Shown here piece after piece: positions 1 to 13,693 of a DNA stretch of 64,000 bases. This DNA is from Antedon mediterranea. Lineage: Eukaryota > Animalia > Echinodermata. The number at the start of each line of letters is the position of its first letter. The first letter of the stretch is position 1. The DNA is taken from the NCBI RefSeq assembly GCF_964355755.1, contig NC_092674.1, forward strand, positions 24,056,001-24,120,000, written 5' to 3'. The notes under the pieces are model-generated. The model was not told where the DNA came from and ran no database searches. It worked only from the letters and a program-made list of their open reading frames with translations. Both the position numbers and the translations under genes were made by a program.

Positions 1-261
1 AAAGGGAGACCTAAATATACAAAAAGGGAGACCCAAATATACGAAAAGGGAGACCCAAATATACAAAATGGGAGACCCAAATATACGAAAAGGGAGACCC
101 ACTATAAGAAAAGGGAGACCCCACTATACGAAAAGAGAGACCACACTATACCAAAAGGGAGACCCTAATATACGAAAAGGGAGACCCAAATATAGGTCTC
201 CCTTTTCGTATTGGGTCTCGTGTCAGGTCTCTGGTCTCGGGTCTCTAGTTTCGAAACACCC
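1..261. mobile_element. Right end of a non-autonomous MULE-like DNA element with an internal 22-24 bp tandem array (AAAGGGAGACCCAAATATACGA)
   Basis: About 8 tandem units at 1-192, then an inverted unit and terminus ...GAAACACCC. Its reverse complement GGGTGTTTCGAAACTAGAGACC resembles the GGGTGTGTAGAAAGCGACGACC terminus of the 17288 element. The left end lies outside the window. Confidence 0.55.
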
Positions 262-324
262 GTTAAAAACAGATAATTTCATTTTTACAGAAACTGGTCC
301 TATACATTTGTCTACTTTTGGATT

Positions 325-583
325 GGGGGGGGGGGGGGTAGTTGACCGGGGGGTAGTTGACCGGGGGTAGTTACCCGGGGGGTAGTTATCCTAAGGGGGT
401 AGTTGTCCTAAGGGGGTAGTTGTCCGGGGGGTAGTTGTCCGGGGGGTTGTTATCTGGGGTAGTTGTCCTAAGGGTGTAGTTGTCCGGGAAGTAGTTGTCC
501 GGGGGGTAATTGTCCTAAGGGGGTAGTTGTCCGGGTGGTAAACATCCGGGGGGTAACTGTCTAGGGGTAGGTGTCCTAGAACC
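325..583. repeat. G-rich 15-18 bp tandem array (GGGGGGTAGTTGTCC), probably one arm of a non-autonomous DNA transposon
   Basis: About 15 degenerate units ending in GTCCTAGAACC. No partner arm is visible. Confidence 0.7.
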
Positions 584-840
584 CTATATATATCATATTT
601 CGTTAAATGAACACTTTACATTGACAGGTTCTTGGTAGGTCTTGGTATTTAGGAGGACCCCTTAGTCCATGCTCCGTTTGTAAACGAGGCGGGCGGGGGG
701 GGGGGGGGAGGGTGTTGGGTCAGAGCCATATTTTTATTTATTTATTTGAACTTACACCTTTAAATCGGTGGCACTCAATCAATGACAATTGGTGCGTTCT
801 TAAGTAAAAGTTACAAATTCACAAACTTAACTAAACAATG

Positions 841-1386
841 TAAACAAGAAATATTTCTTAGAAAAAACGCTGCTGGCTTATTGAAAAATAATTTTTATTT
901 CAAATGTTTTTAAATGTGTCATCATTTTATTGTCACATAATAGTTATTTTACCTGAAAAAAAATGTAATTTAAAGCAACAAATACTTAAATTGTCTGTCA
1001 GACAATGGTTTTTGGGTTTCTTTTCTCTTTTTATATGTTAATAAATATTATTTTGTTCAAGTCTGGGGGGTCACTTCATCACCCTAGATATTTCAAGTGT
1101 GAAGTATCCTATTACAAACACAAACTTGAATGGACTGTTTCGATAATAATTCAATGAATATCTGACAGTGAATATACCAGAAATGCTTTGGGATTTGTAA
1201 TTTTAGCATGACATATGTCCTAATAGACTCTTTTACCAGACGTTTTTTGGGTCTACTGTAGCAGCTGGAATCAATAAATTATAGTGGAGTTTCCATTTTC
1301 GTAAAACTGTCGTCCTTAGAACTATAACTGCTGCTTGCTTTAGCTTCTGATTGAGTAGTCCTAATGGGACGTAGCGGGCTAGAGCA
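841..1386 (-). repeat. Inverted diverged copy of 9792-10358
   Basis: Both ends align as reverse complements: TAAACAAGAAATATTTCTTA..CGCTGC vs 10316-10358, and GTAGCGGGCTAGAGCA vs 9792. Internal blocks are colinear. Confidence 0.8.
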
Positions 1387-2326
1387 TTATAATTAGCTTG
1401 TTTTATACTGTATCGATAGAGGGCGACATTATAATTAGCTTGTTTTCATACGGCATTTTAATAAATATTAGAAACTCAATATTTAAAGAAGATCTATACA
1501 ACAATGATTTGCATAAAATATGGAACTTATTCACATCAACCTCACCTGAACTTAAATATCACCTTTTTTTGACGAGCTAGAAATTCATGAAGAATATCGA
1601 TCAAATCCAATGTATAACCAATATTAACTATGTATTAGCAAGTAACATCTTTGACAAATAATTGTAAATTATTTTTAACAACTGCATGGAGAGAATGCAA
1701 CGAAATTTTTAATATCCTTTCATAACACAATCTTTTACTTTTCGCTCAAATGTATTGAATGTATTTTTATACCATAATGTTTATAAACTTTTTAATGTAA
1801 TAACATTTTATAAATGTTGGTATTTGATTGTGTATTAAGATAATTCCATATTTATTTTATTTTGTTGCACATTCCTTGAGAATTATGCCTCTGTTATAAG
1901 GAGAAACAATAAAGTTATTATTATTAGACAGAGGGCGACATTATAATTAGCTTGTTTTCATACTGTATCGATAGAGGGCGACATTATAATTTGCTTGTTT
2001 TCATATGGTAAAATGTATCGATAACTGATCTGAACTTTATCACAGTCACTTGATCATTGTTGATTTATGAAATTGTTGTTCACATCTTGGATTCAAACAC
2101 AGGTTGCTGTAAGGTCTCTAGATGGGCCTACTGACAATTATAATTATGTAACATGTTTGTTATATATAAGTCTAAATTGTAGGGCTAGAGAAATTTTCAA
2201 GTAAACTACAGCAACATATCGAATTATTATACTAATAGCATGGAGCTATAAATTAGAATGTAGGCCTATAGCTCCATGCCAGTAGGCCTATTAATATGCA
2301 TACTTAGCGACTGCCTTAACACATGT

Positions 2327-2696
2327 ACTGTAAAAATAACGTTTTACACACATTTAGCCTTAGCCTTTATGAAACATGTTTAGATTCTAAACACATTCTA
2401 AACATGTAGTCTGTATCCAACTCAACATATCAGTGACTTGTTGATTGTTAAACATGTGGAGCAATTTAAGACACGTTTAGGTTTTAAACGTGTTTAATTT
2501 GCCACGTGTGGAGCTCATGTGTGAAGCTTTTTTCCGCTACGTCACATTAAAATTGTATGCACGCAATGCTAAACACGTACCTAAACATGTTGACTGAACA
2601 TAATAGTGACATGTTGACGGCTAAACACGTTTTTAGGTTTTAAACACGCTAAACATGTAACTACGTGTTTAAAAGCTCCACACTGTTTTTACAATG
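2327..2696. mobile_element. Degenerate CACTG/EnSpm-type MITE
   Basis: ACTGTAAAAA...TTTTTACAATG terminal inverted repeat, with many internal AAACAYGT motifs in both orientations. Confidence 0.45.
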
Positions 2697-4828
2697 TTAT
2701 ATAAGCCTATTGTATGTAGATAAGTTTTCAAATCGTCTAACTACAGCAACATTTATAATATCGAATTATTATATTAATATGATGCATACTTAGCGACTGC
2801 CTTAACACATGTCTTATGGCTTAACGACAGGAAACTGAGCTCGCCTTGCCAAGATAGGAACTCATAACAGTCATTTGATCTTATGTCTGGCTGCGACAAA
2901 TACCAACAGTGCTGTACATTATTCTCCAACAGCGCGCAGTCTGTCGCAGGCGTGAAACAGATCGTTTCGCAGCCACAGATACCTACCATTGATCTTCGGA
3001 GCTCAGCATCCTTTTGTTAGATTGCCTTGTTAATTATATAAGCCTATTTTCATTCAAATGATTAGATTCCCTTACAATACGCTAACAATGCCTCATTAGG
3101 CCTCGAAACTTTAAGTTGAAATTTGTGTTGATTATAAATAATCCTATTTTGGAAACGTTTCTTTTCGAGGTTTTCCGGTAAATTTGTATTTTCAGGTTTT
3201 TGAAATACTACTTGAGCTTGTATTTGCAGACTAACATAAAAAAAGACAATGAATACAGACTTGGGGCAAGTCTAGAATGCTGTAATCATTAAAGATGTTA
3301 AAGAAAGTCAATCACTTTCGTAGGAAAAAAAAATGCAAAAAAAATAATGTTTTCACCTATAAAAAGACAAAAGCAACGGTTACATTTAACAAAAACCCAA
3401 TTGGCTGGCAGCCAATTTGACTATTGTTTGCTTTAAATCTTAGTTTTTTAAGGTAATTTTTTTTTTCGATCCTTATTTTTGGTAAAAGTAAATAACTATT
3501 ATAATGTAAAATTTCATATTTTACAAAACTTATTTTTTCAGGGGGACAATACATCTTTAAGTTAATTAGGCCTTTAATTAAATATGTTAATTAATGCAGC
3601 AATGATGAATAGCGATCAAACGCTCATCACGATGTCGTGTGGTTGTAACAGTTTTATTGTGTTACAAACGGAAGACTTCTTCATTAAGATGTTATTCATG
3701 AATTTCAATTTACGTCATAAAATCAGTATAATCCGTTTTATTAAACAGGGATTCTGCTTTCTGAAATGTCTATTTCTATTAATATTTCCATTGGAGAATG
3801 GCACAATATAGTCTTAGTTTTAACAGGGAGATATACATTTACAAGATAAACAAATATTTTATTAGAGAATTAGAATTGAATTGTTAAAGATGAATAACAG
3901 CTCCCTGGCTTGAATTGAAAACTGACTGCAATGTTTCACGTGTACCTCAATCTACATATAAACATGTTAGATTTGTACTGTTTAAGCAATTTTTTTATAT
4001 CATGTTTTTACTATAAATGTTTTGTTAATTTTGTTCTGACGGTCTTGTGTTATTGAAATCATGATTTTCAACAATGAATGAATGAAAATGAATGAATTAT
4101 GATTATGTAACAAAGTTAATAATTAATATGTAACTTTGGTTGATCATATCAACGGCGATAGAAACACTAGAGCGAACTTAGCTTTGTCTAAACTAGACAA
4201 AAAAATTTTGATCTCCTCAAATATGGTAGTGATATGCCCAAATATGGTGTAGTGATCATTATGTCCATATGGTCACATCATATTTTTAAACACAAATATT
4301 GATAGTGTAGATTGAGCGTTACTCTTTGGGTCTATCTTATTTCCGAAACATGACACATATTAGAACAATTATTGCTTTGTAATGTTTTCCTTTTATGCTT
4401 TGTGTAAATAAACAATTGAAGACTTAATTGTATGTATTTCTTTGTTTAAATAATTCTATAGTGTGTGCATTTGATAAGAAACATATTTTTCCTGTTGAGA
4501 AGATAGGTTAGTCTATACTGAAATGGTCAACAAACATTATTGATCCTCTGTGTTTTTTTTAAACGTCGCCTTTTTCCATTTGAAGGGCAGTGGCACGTGC
4601 TAGGTATATTTGAAATTAATAATCCTAACGTCGCATAACATCTGGCCAGTGTTTTTCCTGGTCTGGTAGATCTTACGGGTTATTGGTATTTAAGTATTCA
4701 CTGATCGTGAAGTTTATCGGTTTTTTATGATTACAAAATTGTAAAAAGTGTGGAAAAATGGAATAAAAGTAGAGGTACCCGCATGAGGAGATCGAGAATG
4801 ATTGATTTATTAGCCTGTGTTCATCATG

Positions 4829-5042
4829 ATAGACTTGCTTTTGCAGTTGCAGCTCCTAACAAACTGTGGAACAATCTTCCTGGTCCTATTAAAAATGCAT
4901 CCTCTATCATAGTTTTCAAAACACTTTTAAAAACCCATCTTTTTTCTTTTTAATTTCGTTCTGTTTTTTTCTCTCAGTGTTTTGGGACAATCTTTTGATT
5001 GTACAAACGCTATATAAATCGAACAACATAACATAACATAAC
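4829..5042 (+). mobile_element. L2-type LINE 3' end
   Basis: Translates as RLAFAVAAPNKLWNNLP..IKNASSIIVFKTLLKTHLF, the typical L2 ORF2 C-terminus, followed by an (AACAT)n tail. Confidence 0.75.
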
Positions 5043-5679
5043 TTTCCCCAAAAGTTATTTCGAGGCTTTTCGATGTTTTTCTGAAATACAAGCTCAAGTA
5101 GTATACTTATGAAACGCCATATGTGCCAAAATATTTATCTTTTTACTAGTATTAAGTCAAAACTCCGCCTGGAACCCAGACTGATCATTCGATGACAATC
5201 GACTTTTTCCGATTCGAGAAACGGTCGTGAGTGAGTGACTAGGATTGAACCATGGGAAGTTAGACCTGTGACAGGATTGAACCATTGACTTCGGGATAGG
5301 GCAAGCCCCGATGAACGATTAGAATACCCATGTCTTAATTAAAACATACATTCCATGATGCATTTCCATTTATAAGGTTGGAATATAGAATAGTTAGAAT
5401 TATAAGGTAAATGATGGGAGTGCTTTTTTATTTTCCATTTTTTCTACATCGAGGATTAATGTGACAGCATTGTTTAGTTAGCTTCTGCAGTGTAATATTG
5501 TTTCTACATCATTCTCATTGAATAAGTTGCATTTATTGTGTGATATTCTCGTGATAGGTAAGCCTACTAACAGCATACCATTGACACTTCAGCGATCGGA
5601 TTAATCTAAAATGTATGCTAACGTCTGTCTTACGAGACGTATACCTAGACCCACTATTTTCGTTTATATTATATTTAAC

Positions 5680-5977
5680 TTAAGATAATATTGTCCTCCC
5701 ACCTTCTGAGGAAAAAAATGTTTTTGTTGAATAGGCCTACGCCATTTTAATGTCGCATAACAGTTTTTCACTTCCACCAAAAGTTATTTAAAAAAATGTA
5801 TTTACCTGAAAAATTGGAACTGGAAGTCCAATGGGTTTTTGGTGGAATCATAAACCTATTATAATATTATATTTTGCTGCTACTTTTTTTTCCTACGGAA
5901 GTGATTAACTTTATGAGACTGCAGGCCTTTTTTCAATGATCTTCATAGTTCATGTTTTTGCCGGGGATATACATCTT
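5680..5977. mobile_element. Degenerate Kolobok-like (TTAA) MITE; related ends at 3540-3560, 10285-10304 and 60599-60872
   Basis: Recurrent terminus TTAAAGATRTATTGTCCCC / GGGGACAATAYATCTTTAA. The superfamily is inferred only from the TTAA context. Confidence 0.4.
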
Positions 5978-6481
5978 CGACTAACTTAGTGAATGCATAT
6001 TTTCTCTTTGTGATGCAAGAGGGGGTGCGGGTGGTTTGATTAAAAACTGTTCAGTCTACCTACATCCAATAATTATTGTATTAATATAGTCCTACCCTTT
6101 CAAGAACGATAAATTACTAGACCTCTAATGAAATCCCTGCTTTGGGACACACTGCTATCAGGATTGAAAAACAAATAGGAAATGTATAATAATAATTCAG
6201 AGGACTTCCATGTGTTGTGTCCAAAATGGGTTCATACTGATATTATAATATAATAGTAATAGTCAGTAGGCCTATATTTTGATTATCACAATATGATTTT
6301 TTGGAAATAAATCTTCCCCCAATTTAAAATGGAATAGCCCATATAATACAATATCACCACATGACAATGAGCACACGCGACGAAACGAATACAGTATTCA
6401 TAGTGTGAACGCGGAAGATTAGTGTTGGTACGACGTACGTGTATTACCAAATTGCGTCCTGGTAATACTGTACCTTTTAGG

Positions 6482-6575
6482 ATGGCTGAATCCATTCACA
6501 GTAGTGACACTTTGACGCTAAAGTATCTGCTTGAAAGCCAGAGCCTGCTAAACAACCAGCCTCCTCTCTGTGAAG
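6482..6575 (+). CDS. PAR-bZIP transcription factor (HLF/TEF/DBP/Pdp1-like), first coding exon
   Basis: MAESIHSSDTLTLKYLLESQSLLNNQPPLCE. TLKYLLE resembles the HLF N-terminal LRSLLE motif. Strong donor AAG|GTAAGT in phase 1 matches exon 2. Confidence 0.8.
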
Positions 6576-9500
6576 GTAAGTCGAGTGCACTGTACATGTA
6601 TAAAATTGCAGCAAAAACAAGCTAGCATAGCCTAATCTCTCTCTGTATTATTGAAGGTTGAAAAGTGTGTTGACCGTAGAAGTTAGTGACGTCACAGTGT
6701 CAATTGGTAGTCGGGTTGTTTTGCTACTATAATATGTTATGATGAGTGAATATTATTTGTAAGAATTGTAGATAATGATTGCGGGGTTGTTGACATACGA
6801 ATATATTGTCAGAGGAGTATTATTAGGTATATTTTTCATTGTATTGCATGTGAAGGTATTTATGCCATGGTATATCAAATCGGAGTTGTAAAATACAACT
6901 CCCTGAACAAATCACATGAAAAATATGACTATTCGATAAATGACTTTGCATATAATTTGTTATTAAGTTCAAACACAAATAGATACATAATATAGTATGT
7001 ATTGTACTCTGCAAGTTATACCCGCGTATTTGAATGATGACGAGCCTATTTCCTTGGTAACTAAATCTATCGTGAAATTCACTGTATATAATGTACATCG
7101 TAAGATAATTCTCTAAGATGGTACTTGTTTGTAGCTAATTACAAAGCAACGAGCAACGATATATTTTTTACGACAAAACAGATTAAAAAAAAAACAAGAC
7201 TGAAAGGCATTATGTTTATTCATCAGGAATTCATTATTCAGGAATTTCATAATGAAATTTATTTATCGATATGTACCGTAATCGATAAAGTATTGTATAT
7301 TTGTATCATATTATTTCCGACCACATTTACATAAATGAGTGTTATTATGTGTTGATACCAAGGTTGGTTGATGTTGCTTGGTAGGTGGTTGCGGCGCTTG
7401 ATAAGCCAGTCAGTATGAGTTTAGTGCATGGCTAGGCCTACAGTCTGAGAGTAGAACCACTCATATGGGATGTCCCAATTCAGGAGACTCTTGCTTGTGC
7501 AAGATAGGAAAACTAGAACAACAAATATACAGATATAAAAATATACGAACGGACCGGAGGGGAAATATTTGTAACGAGCTAACCGCTATTCAGAAGACAC
7601 GGGGGAAACTTGGTTGGGTCCCGAACCCCATGTCCCTTTAATAAATAGTGGTTGTCCCTACGCTGTGTATCTATTATTATAAGGTGGCTAATCTTTCCCG
7701 ACGGTGCGAGAGAAAGTGTGGGCATTGGGGAACCATGTTTTTGGGATGATATTACGGTAATATACAGCCTGATAACGACAATGATACTTACAGGGTGAGA
7801 ATAGGAAGTGCTAATTAGAGGGAATACGATGACCTTGGTAAAATACAGAGAAAGTAAGTAAGTTATTCCAAGAAAACTGTCAGATCTGTTCATATGTGTA
7901 GAGGTGTGGTAAATTTACTTTAGAAAAAGAAAACATTGACATAAATTAATAATTATTATATGTAGGCTACATTTGATCAACAGGTTTTAGGAAGATCTAT
8001 TTCATAAATATCTATTTCATAAATATCTGTAAATAAATATAATAACTGTATTATCACGGTTCTAAACTAATTTTATGAATATACACTTTGACCTTTGTGT
8101 TATCAACTTGTATAGGGCCTAAAGGTTATTTTTTATCTACCTTTTTCATATCAAAACTGTATTTTGTGAAAGTCAAGGCGCAATCGCGGATCAAGGATTA
8201 ATTATTAATTCGTGCATTGTATTTAGTAATTACTGCAGTGTTATATATATTAGTTAGCTTCGGGAAATAATTAGCTAAAGGACATATCGATGTAATTACT
8301 CTATCCATTTCTTATATGAGGTTTAACTTGTTTACGATCTGTGTCAGTAGAGATTGGACAAGGTTGATTTTAGAGAACAATCTAACAAAAATCAAGTTCT
8401 CGAAATCCAGTATAACCGCCGTCTAAAAAAGATGATTGCATGAAACTTGTTTATTGAAAACAAGTCCGTGAATCATGGCTAATTTGGCAAAAAAAAAACA
8501 TTGGCTAATAAAACTGTATATTTTGGCGGTCAAATTGTATTTAAAGATGACAGCCACTTATGTTTTAGGCTCTGGAAGTGATTTTAGGCGTCAGTAATTG
8601 AGAACTAACTTCATCATAAAACGTGTGCCACTGAAAACATAGCAGAGAGACGGTGCCGAACTAGGGGCAATATAATGTTTCATTTATGATGGCCATCCAT
8701 TATGACGTATGGCTTCCAATAATAAATGACTATGTATAGAAATATTTGTATACCTCCCTGGTTAATGATCGTCCCTAAATAACACTGTATCCGTATGCGT
8801 CACTCTTGCCCAAGCCCAGCAGTAGCCAGGCCAGTGTATTCTCGTCACCAAAACAGTGGTTGGATTTGTGTCGAGCTATTTACTCGACAAAATCAACAGA
8901 GAAAGTGTATGGCCCTGCTAAAATATTGTTTTCGGCCGAATAACTGTCGTTAAAAACAAGATGGCATATATACAGTATACTTACCGTATATACAAATTTG
9001 AGATTTTAACAACTGAACTGTTAGGGCCAACAGTTGTTATAGAGATCATCATAAGTTTGCTTGTGCAGTTTGTCCTTTGAAAAAAAAAATGTTTATATTA
9101 TATGGTATTTATCAGTCCAATATGTCAACTTTTTTACGTAATAATAAATCAACAATTGAACGTACAACTAAATGAATTATATAACGTGAAAAGTATGCAC
9201 AATGAAACCATAAAACGTCACCAATTTATACGGTATGTCATTTGTACGCGCGCGCCCACATTGCGTTATCATGCACTCGATGGAGCAGAAGGGATAGAAC
9301 AATAACAAAGCTTTGGAAAAGTAGCAAATTATCAACCGATCTATAATTTGTAAGGACAAATTCTGTATTGCCGAATAACCTGTCCTTCACATTCACAGCC
9401 GTCATAGGCCATGTCTAACCAAGGCAGAATGTGCTTTTGTGACTGTATGTAATTACTGCAGGCCTACAGCATTTGCATGCGCATATAATGAGAAAGTACA

Positions 9501-9791
9501 GAGAAGGATGTCATGAAAGTTCATTAGACTTCATCACCCCCGCCCCCCCCCCCCAACATCCCAAACATCTCAAACAAGCCCTCTCCCCACTGTCGAGTTT
9601 GTGATAACAACAGCGTGTACAACAGCGCTCGCCAAGTGGTGTCGTGGTAATGGTGTATAAATTAATATTTTTGTTAATTTTAATTAATGTGTAAAGGGTT
9701 TAAATTTCAAATTTACGTACAAAATAAAAATATAATAACACATGTAAAAAAAACGGGTTGCATATTCACTTGCCACTTTTTTTCACGCTGC

Positions 9792-10358
9792 TGCTCTAGC
9801 CCGCTACGTCACACGAGATGACTCATTTATTAGATGAAATCAAGCAGCAGTTATAGTACTACACTTTGACATTTTTGTTTAAATGGAAACTCGACTATAA
9901 TTTATAGGTACCAACTGTATTTCTGGTATTTATGAGTCCCATGACAATACTGTATTTTGCTGTCAGATAATCATTGAATAATCAAAACAGTCCAGGAAAG
10001 TTTTTGTTTGTAATATGATACTTCACACTTGAAGTATCTAACTTGACCTTAGCAATAAAATAAACTAAATTGAGTCTGTTTCATATCAAAGTTATTCACT
10101 TCTGTAACAAAATTCACATTATAAAAAGAGAAAAGAAACGTTTAATTATAACTCAAACACCATTGTCTGAGAGACAATTGAAGTATTTTTTGCTTCTAAT
10201 TACATTTTTTCAGGTAAAATAACTATTATGTGACAATAAAATGACAAATTCAAAAACAAATTTGAAATAAAAAATATTTTTCAGAGGGGCAATAATATCT
10301 TTAAAACTGTTACGTCAATAAGCAAGCAGCGTTTTTTGTAAGAAATATTTCTTGTTTA
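9792..10358 (+). repeat. Repeat in PAR-bZIP intron 1, inverted relative to 841-1386; includes a Kolobok-like end at 10285-10304
   Basis: Reverse-complement alignment to 841-1386. Confidence 0.75.
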
Positions 10359-11374
10359 AATTATCTATCAACACGTTTGTTATATGTGCCGGTATACTTC
10401 CGGAATCAGACGGCAGTCGTAAATTTACATAAATTGTTATGATGACGTTAATCCTCTGCGCGCACTCTCTCTCTCTCTCTCCGAGGATTGTATTTAGTTG
10501 TAATTCCCCAATTTACGATATCAATAAATTCAACCGAATAATTTATGATATCGGATTTTGAAAACCAAATAATGCTAATCTTTGTATATATTCTACGTTG
10601 TTACAACAACAAGACAATTGTTAATACAGAAAAAATAATCAAATTCGCAATACTTTTATTTACACTGTGCTAAAAATACTGGATAATTTATTTGGATAAG
10701 TCGTTGGCTCTTCTATAGCTCTGCCTACACTATCAAACTTAATGTGATATATGGACATGGTGATGTCATATCACTACCATATTTGGGTATATTACTACCG
10801 TATTTGGGTATATGACTGCCGTATTTGGGTATATCACTACCGTATTTGGATACATCACACTTTTTTTCTTCAAACTATAATCATCGTCAATTATTCCTTA
10901 TAGGTTTTCATTTATTTGTTTTGACAAAAAAAAAACAACAAAGACAGATCAGGAAAAATAGAAGCCACTATTAGTGCGTCAGCAATTCCTTCAAATAGTA
11001 TTTTTTTAAATAAAATAAAATTAGCTATTTATTTATTTAATTTTATTTACATTACAATAAGATCCAATTAGGCCTACAGTATGATAATACAAAATTAAAA
11101 TTCAGGTAAAATATAACGATCAAGGGAACCGGACCTATATTTCCATGCTAAAAATAAGAATCATGAAAACGTATCCGTGGTTTTAAATCCAATTAAAGTT
11201 ACTGTCTACGTCTACACTATCAAACTAGTTTGACAAAAAAAGCTGGATGTGCCCAAATATGGTAGTGGTATTTCCAGATATGGTAGTGTCCATATATGGG
11301 CAAATCACGTTTTTTTTTGTCACATAAAGTTTGATAGTGTAGACACAGCTTTAATGTAGGCCTATGAGTAGGAA

Positions 11375-11825
11375 ACAATAGCACGAAAACGGACATATAG
11401 ATCTACTAAAAGAGTCACAGAGTGGCAACCAAGAATGAGAAGAAGACGAGGAAGGAAAAAAAGAACAGAGAGATGACATCAAGATATCTGAGAACTTTGA
11501 ACTGGTCAATAGCTTACAAGGAAATGAAAAATGCTCGATGAGGGAAACAACCAAAGATGTATTAGAATTAAGTTGATACATTTTCAACAGATAAAATTAA
11601 CAACAGAGTCTGCTAAAATAAAAGAGATAACAAATGAAATATCTTGGGTACAAAATTAGGAAAAGGAGAATTAATTACAACTGCTGCCATTATGGGGGAA
11701 AGTAGAAGGAACAAGAAGTTGTAGTCTTCGACGTTTGGGATATCTCTCTACAATCAAAGAAACACTCAGCTCACCAACAACAATTTCATTCAAACTGCAT
11801 AACAGGGAACTATGGAGAAGCTCTT
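11375..11825 (+). mobile_element. Highly degenerate RTE-like LINE 3' remnants
   Basis: Broken frames give VTEWQPRMRRRRGR and GKVEGTRS, reminiscent of RTE ORF C-termini. Confidence 0.35.
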
Positions 11826-12179
11826 CAAATCATTGACAGATGCTGCAGTCCTAGACAGTAGAAAAGTTCACATCCATTTTGATTAGCCATAACTGTTTTC
11901 TGTGTCTTTTATGTGTTAACTTTGGGATTGTTACATTATAACAGACCCCACAGAATAACTATGCTATAATAATAAAAAAAGAAATAAATGTTATTTTGAA
12001 TTGAGTTAGTTGAACGTTTATACGATAATCTATAATTATAATGAAGTTAAATTAATTGGTTGATTGAACGTTGTACCGTAATAAACAATAGTTGTTTTTG
12101 ATAATAATAAAAAAATAACTTATTTCTACTTTAGTAGTAACAAAACAAAAGATTTCATATGCGTTTGTTTAACTTTCAG

Positions 12180-12548
12180 AAACGAATCCAGACAAAGCAG
12201 AGAAATGTGACGACTTCAACCAAGATGTCTGGGTTGGGCCAAACGGCGTGTCTGCAGATATGGCTGCGGCATTCCTGGGCCCAACTCTCTGGGATCGCAC
12301 TTTACCCTACAACGATCTGAAACTGGAATATATGGACATGAACAAATTTCTTCTTGAGAACGGAATTCCGAATTTTTCCGATGCGGAACTAACGGAAAAT
12401 ATCAACTCATCACCACCACGAATGGAAGAGAGCCCACAGTTAAATCAGCGTGATCAGATCTCACCATTTCAACTGACAGATGCGTCACAAGTGAATTTGA
12501 ATGATTCAAATGATGCCACCGCGAATTCTTTCCAACCAGTAGAAGATA
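12180..12548 (+). CDS. PAR-bZIP transcription factor, exon 2 (transactivation domain)
   Basis: Acceptor TTTCAG and donor GTAAGT, phase 1-1. Encodes AAFLGPTLWDRTLPY..LKLEYMDMNKFLLENGI, the conserved PAR-family TAD. Confidence 0.93.
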
Positions 12549-12651
12549 GTAAGTTACAGAGATTATCAATTAGGCTTTTCAATTTAAATATAATAACACT
12601 GTGAGTGTAAATATAATGCTCCATCTTTTCCCTAAAAACAATTATGTTATG

Positions 12652-13175
12652 TCGAGTCGAGTGAACGAGCGGTTAAGGCAGTGGTCCCGCAAAACCGTAG
12701 CCATTAAGCGTGGTTCCCACTAGCGACGCAACACAAGGACGTAACACAACTCAAGTGAATTGACCAATCACAAGCGATGGCTTATTCGCTTGTGATTGCT
12801 AACTGTCTATAACTTCGCTTGTCATTGGTTAAAACGCTTGCGTTGCGTTTACGTCCTTGCGTTACGTTCTAGTGGGAACCAAGCTTACAGTCGGCACAGG
12901 TCCAAGCCTCTCGTTGAAATATAAAGATATATAACACGTCTTCTGGAGGTGCAGTGTACAGACACTGGCTTATGCGCAATTAACGAACATCTAGTGTATC
13001 GTCAGAAAGCATTGGTGTTGCTCCTGTCATGGAAAAGAGTTAGCTTATTACTCCATGTATGTGTACTGGTACGTGTACTGGTCCATCTCAACCCCTGTCG
13101 CTCGTTATAGTAGGCCTAGCTATCTGTTGTACACATTAATTAATTAATTAATTAATTAATTAATTAATTAATTAT
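12652..13175 (+). mobile_element. tRNA-derived SINE (Deu-like core) with (TAAT)n tail, interrupted by a MITE
   Basis: Head GAGCGGTTAAGGCAG is shared with the SINE at 29539. Core blocks GTCTTCT/CAGTGTACA/AAAAGAGT are also shared. Microsatellite tail at 13135-13175. Confidence 0.7.
12707..12885 (-). mobile_element. 179-bp MITE, family B (TIR AGCKTGGTTCCCACTAG), nested in the SINE
   Basis: 17-bp TIRs with TA on both sides. Near-identical to 31391-31569 in opposite orientation. Confidence 0.9.
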
Positions 13176-13250
13176 AGGTATTACTAATGGTTATCTGCAT
13201 CTAAGCTATTGTGATTTTCAAGAAAATAATAATAATTTTCTTTATCTTAG

Positions 13251-13693
13251 CCTCCGCCGTCAATGGTAGCTCTTCTTCACCCTCCACTTCACAGTCACCA
13301 CTGAACGTCGACGTTAACTTCGAACCAGTAGCAACGGAAATAGCATTGGCAACGGTACCGGGTCAACAGACATTTGACCCCAAGACTGCAAATTTTAATG
13401 ATGATGAACTGAAGCCTCAACCGATGATCAAGAAATCTAAAAAAATAATCGTTCCAGACGAGCAAAAAGATGACAAATATTGGGAGAAAAGAAAAAAAAA
13501 TAATACGGCAGCTAAGCGGTCACGTGATGCCCGGCGAATCAAAGAAAACCAAATTGCCATTCGCGCAGGATATCTTCAAAAAGAAAGTAACGCGTACAAA
13601 AGTGAAATTCAAAAGTTAAAGAAAGAAAATGCGAACTTGAAAAAACTTGTCGAAAAATATGAACGACAAATGAAATTGTTTAATACTCAGTAG
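13251..13693 (+). CDS. PAR-bZIP transcription factor, last exon (PAR domain plus bZIP); spliced protein 301 aa
   Basis: Acceptor TCTTAG in phase 1. FDPKTANFNDDELKPQPMIKKSKK..KDDKYWEKRKKNNTAAKRSRDARRIKENQIAIRAGYL plus a leucine zipper. 94+369+443 = 906 nt. Confidence 0.96.

Noticed and set aside
68-370. 100-aa ORF
   Set aside because: It is a translation of tandem repeats and a G-run, with no protein signal.
325-583. G-quadruplex or telomere-like function
   Set aside because: Not a TTAGGG repeat. The G-runs are explained as transposon subterminal repeats, with no evidence of function.
1408-2020. Repeated GATAGAGGGCGAC motif as CTCF sites (also 59604)
   Set aside because: Only the right half of the CTCF consensus matches, and the copies belong to a short tandem repeat split by a LINE-like tail.
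7579-7893. Minus-strand 104-aa ORF, possibly a LINE endonuclease relic (similar hint at 57432-57680)
   Set aside because: Only faint motif echoes across frames; too weak to call.
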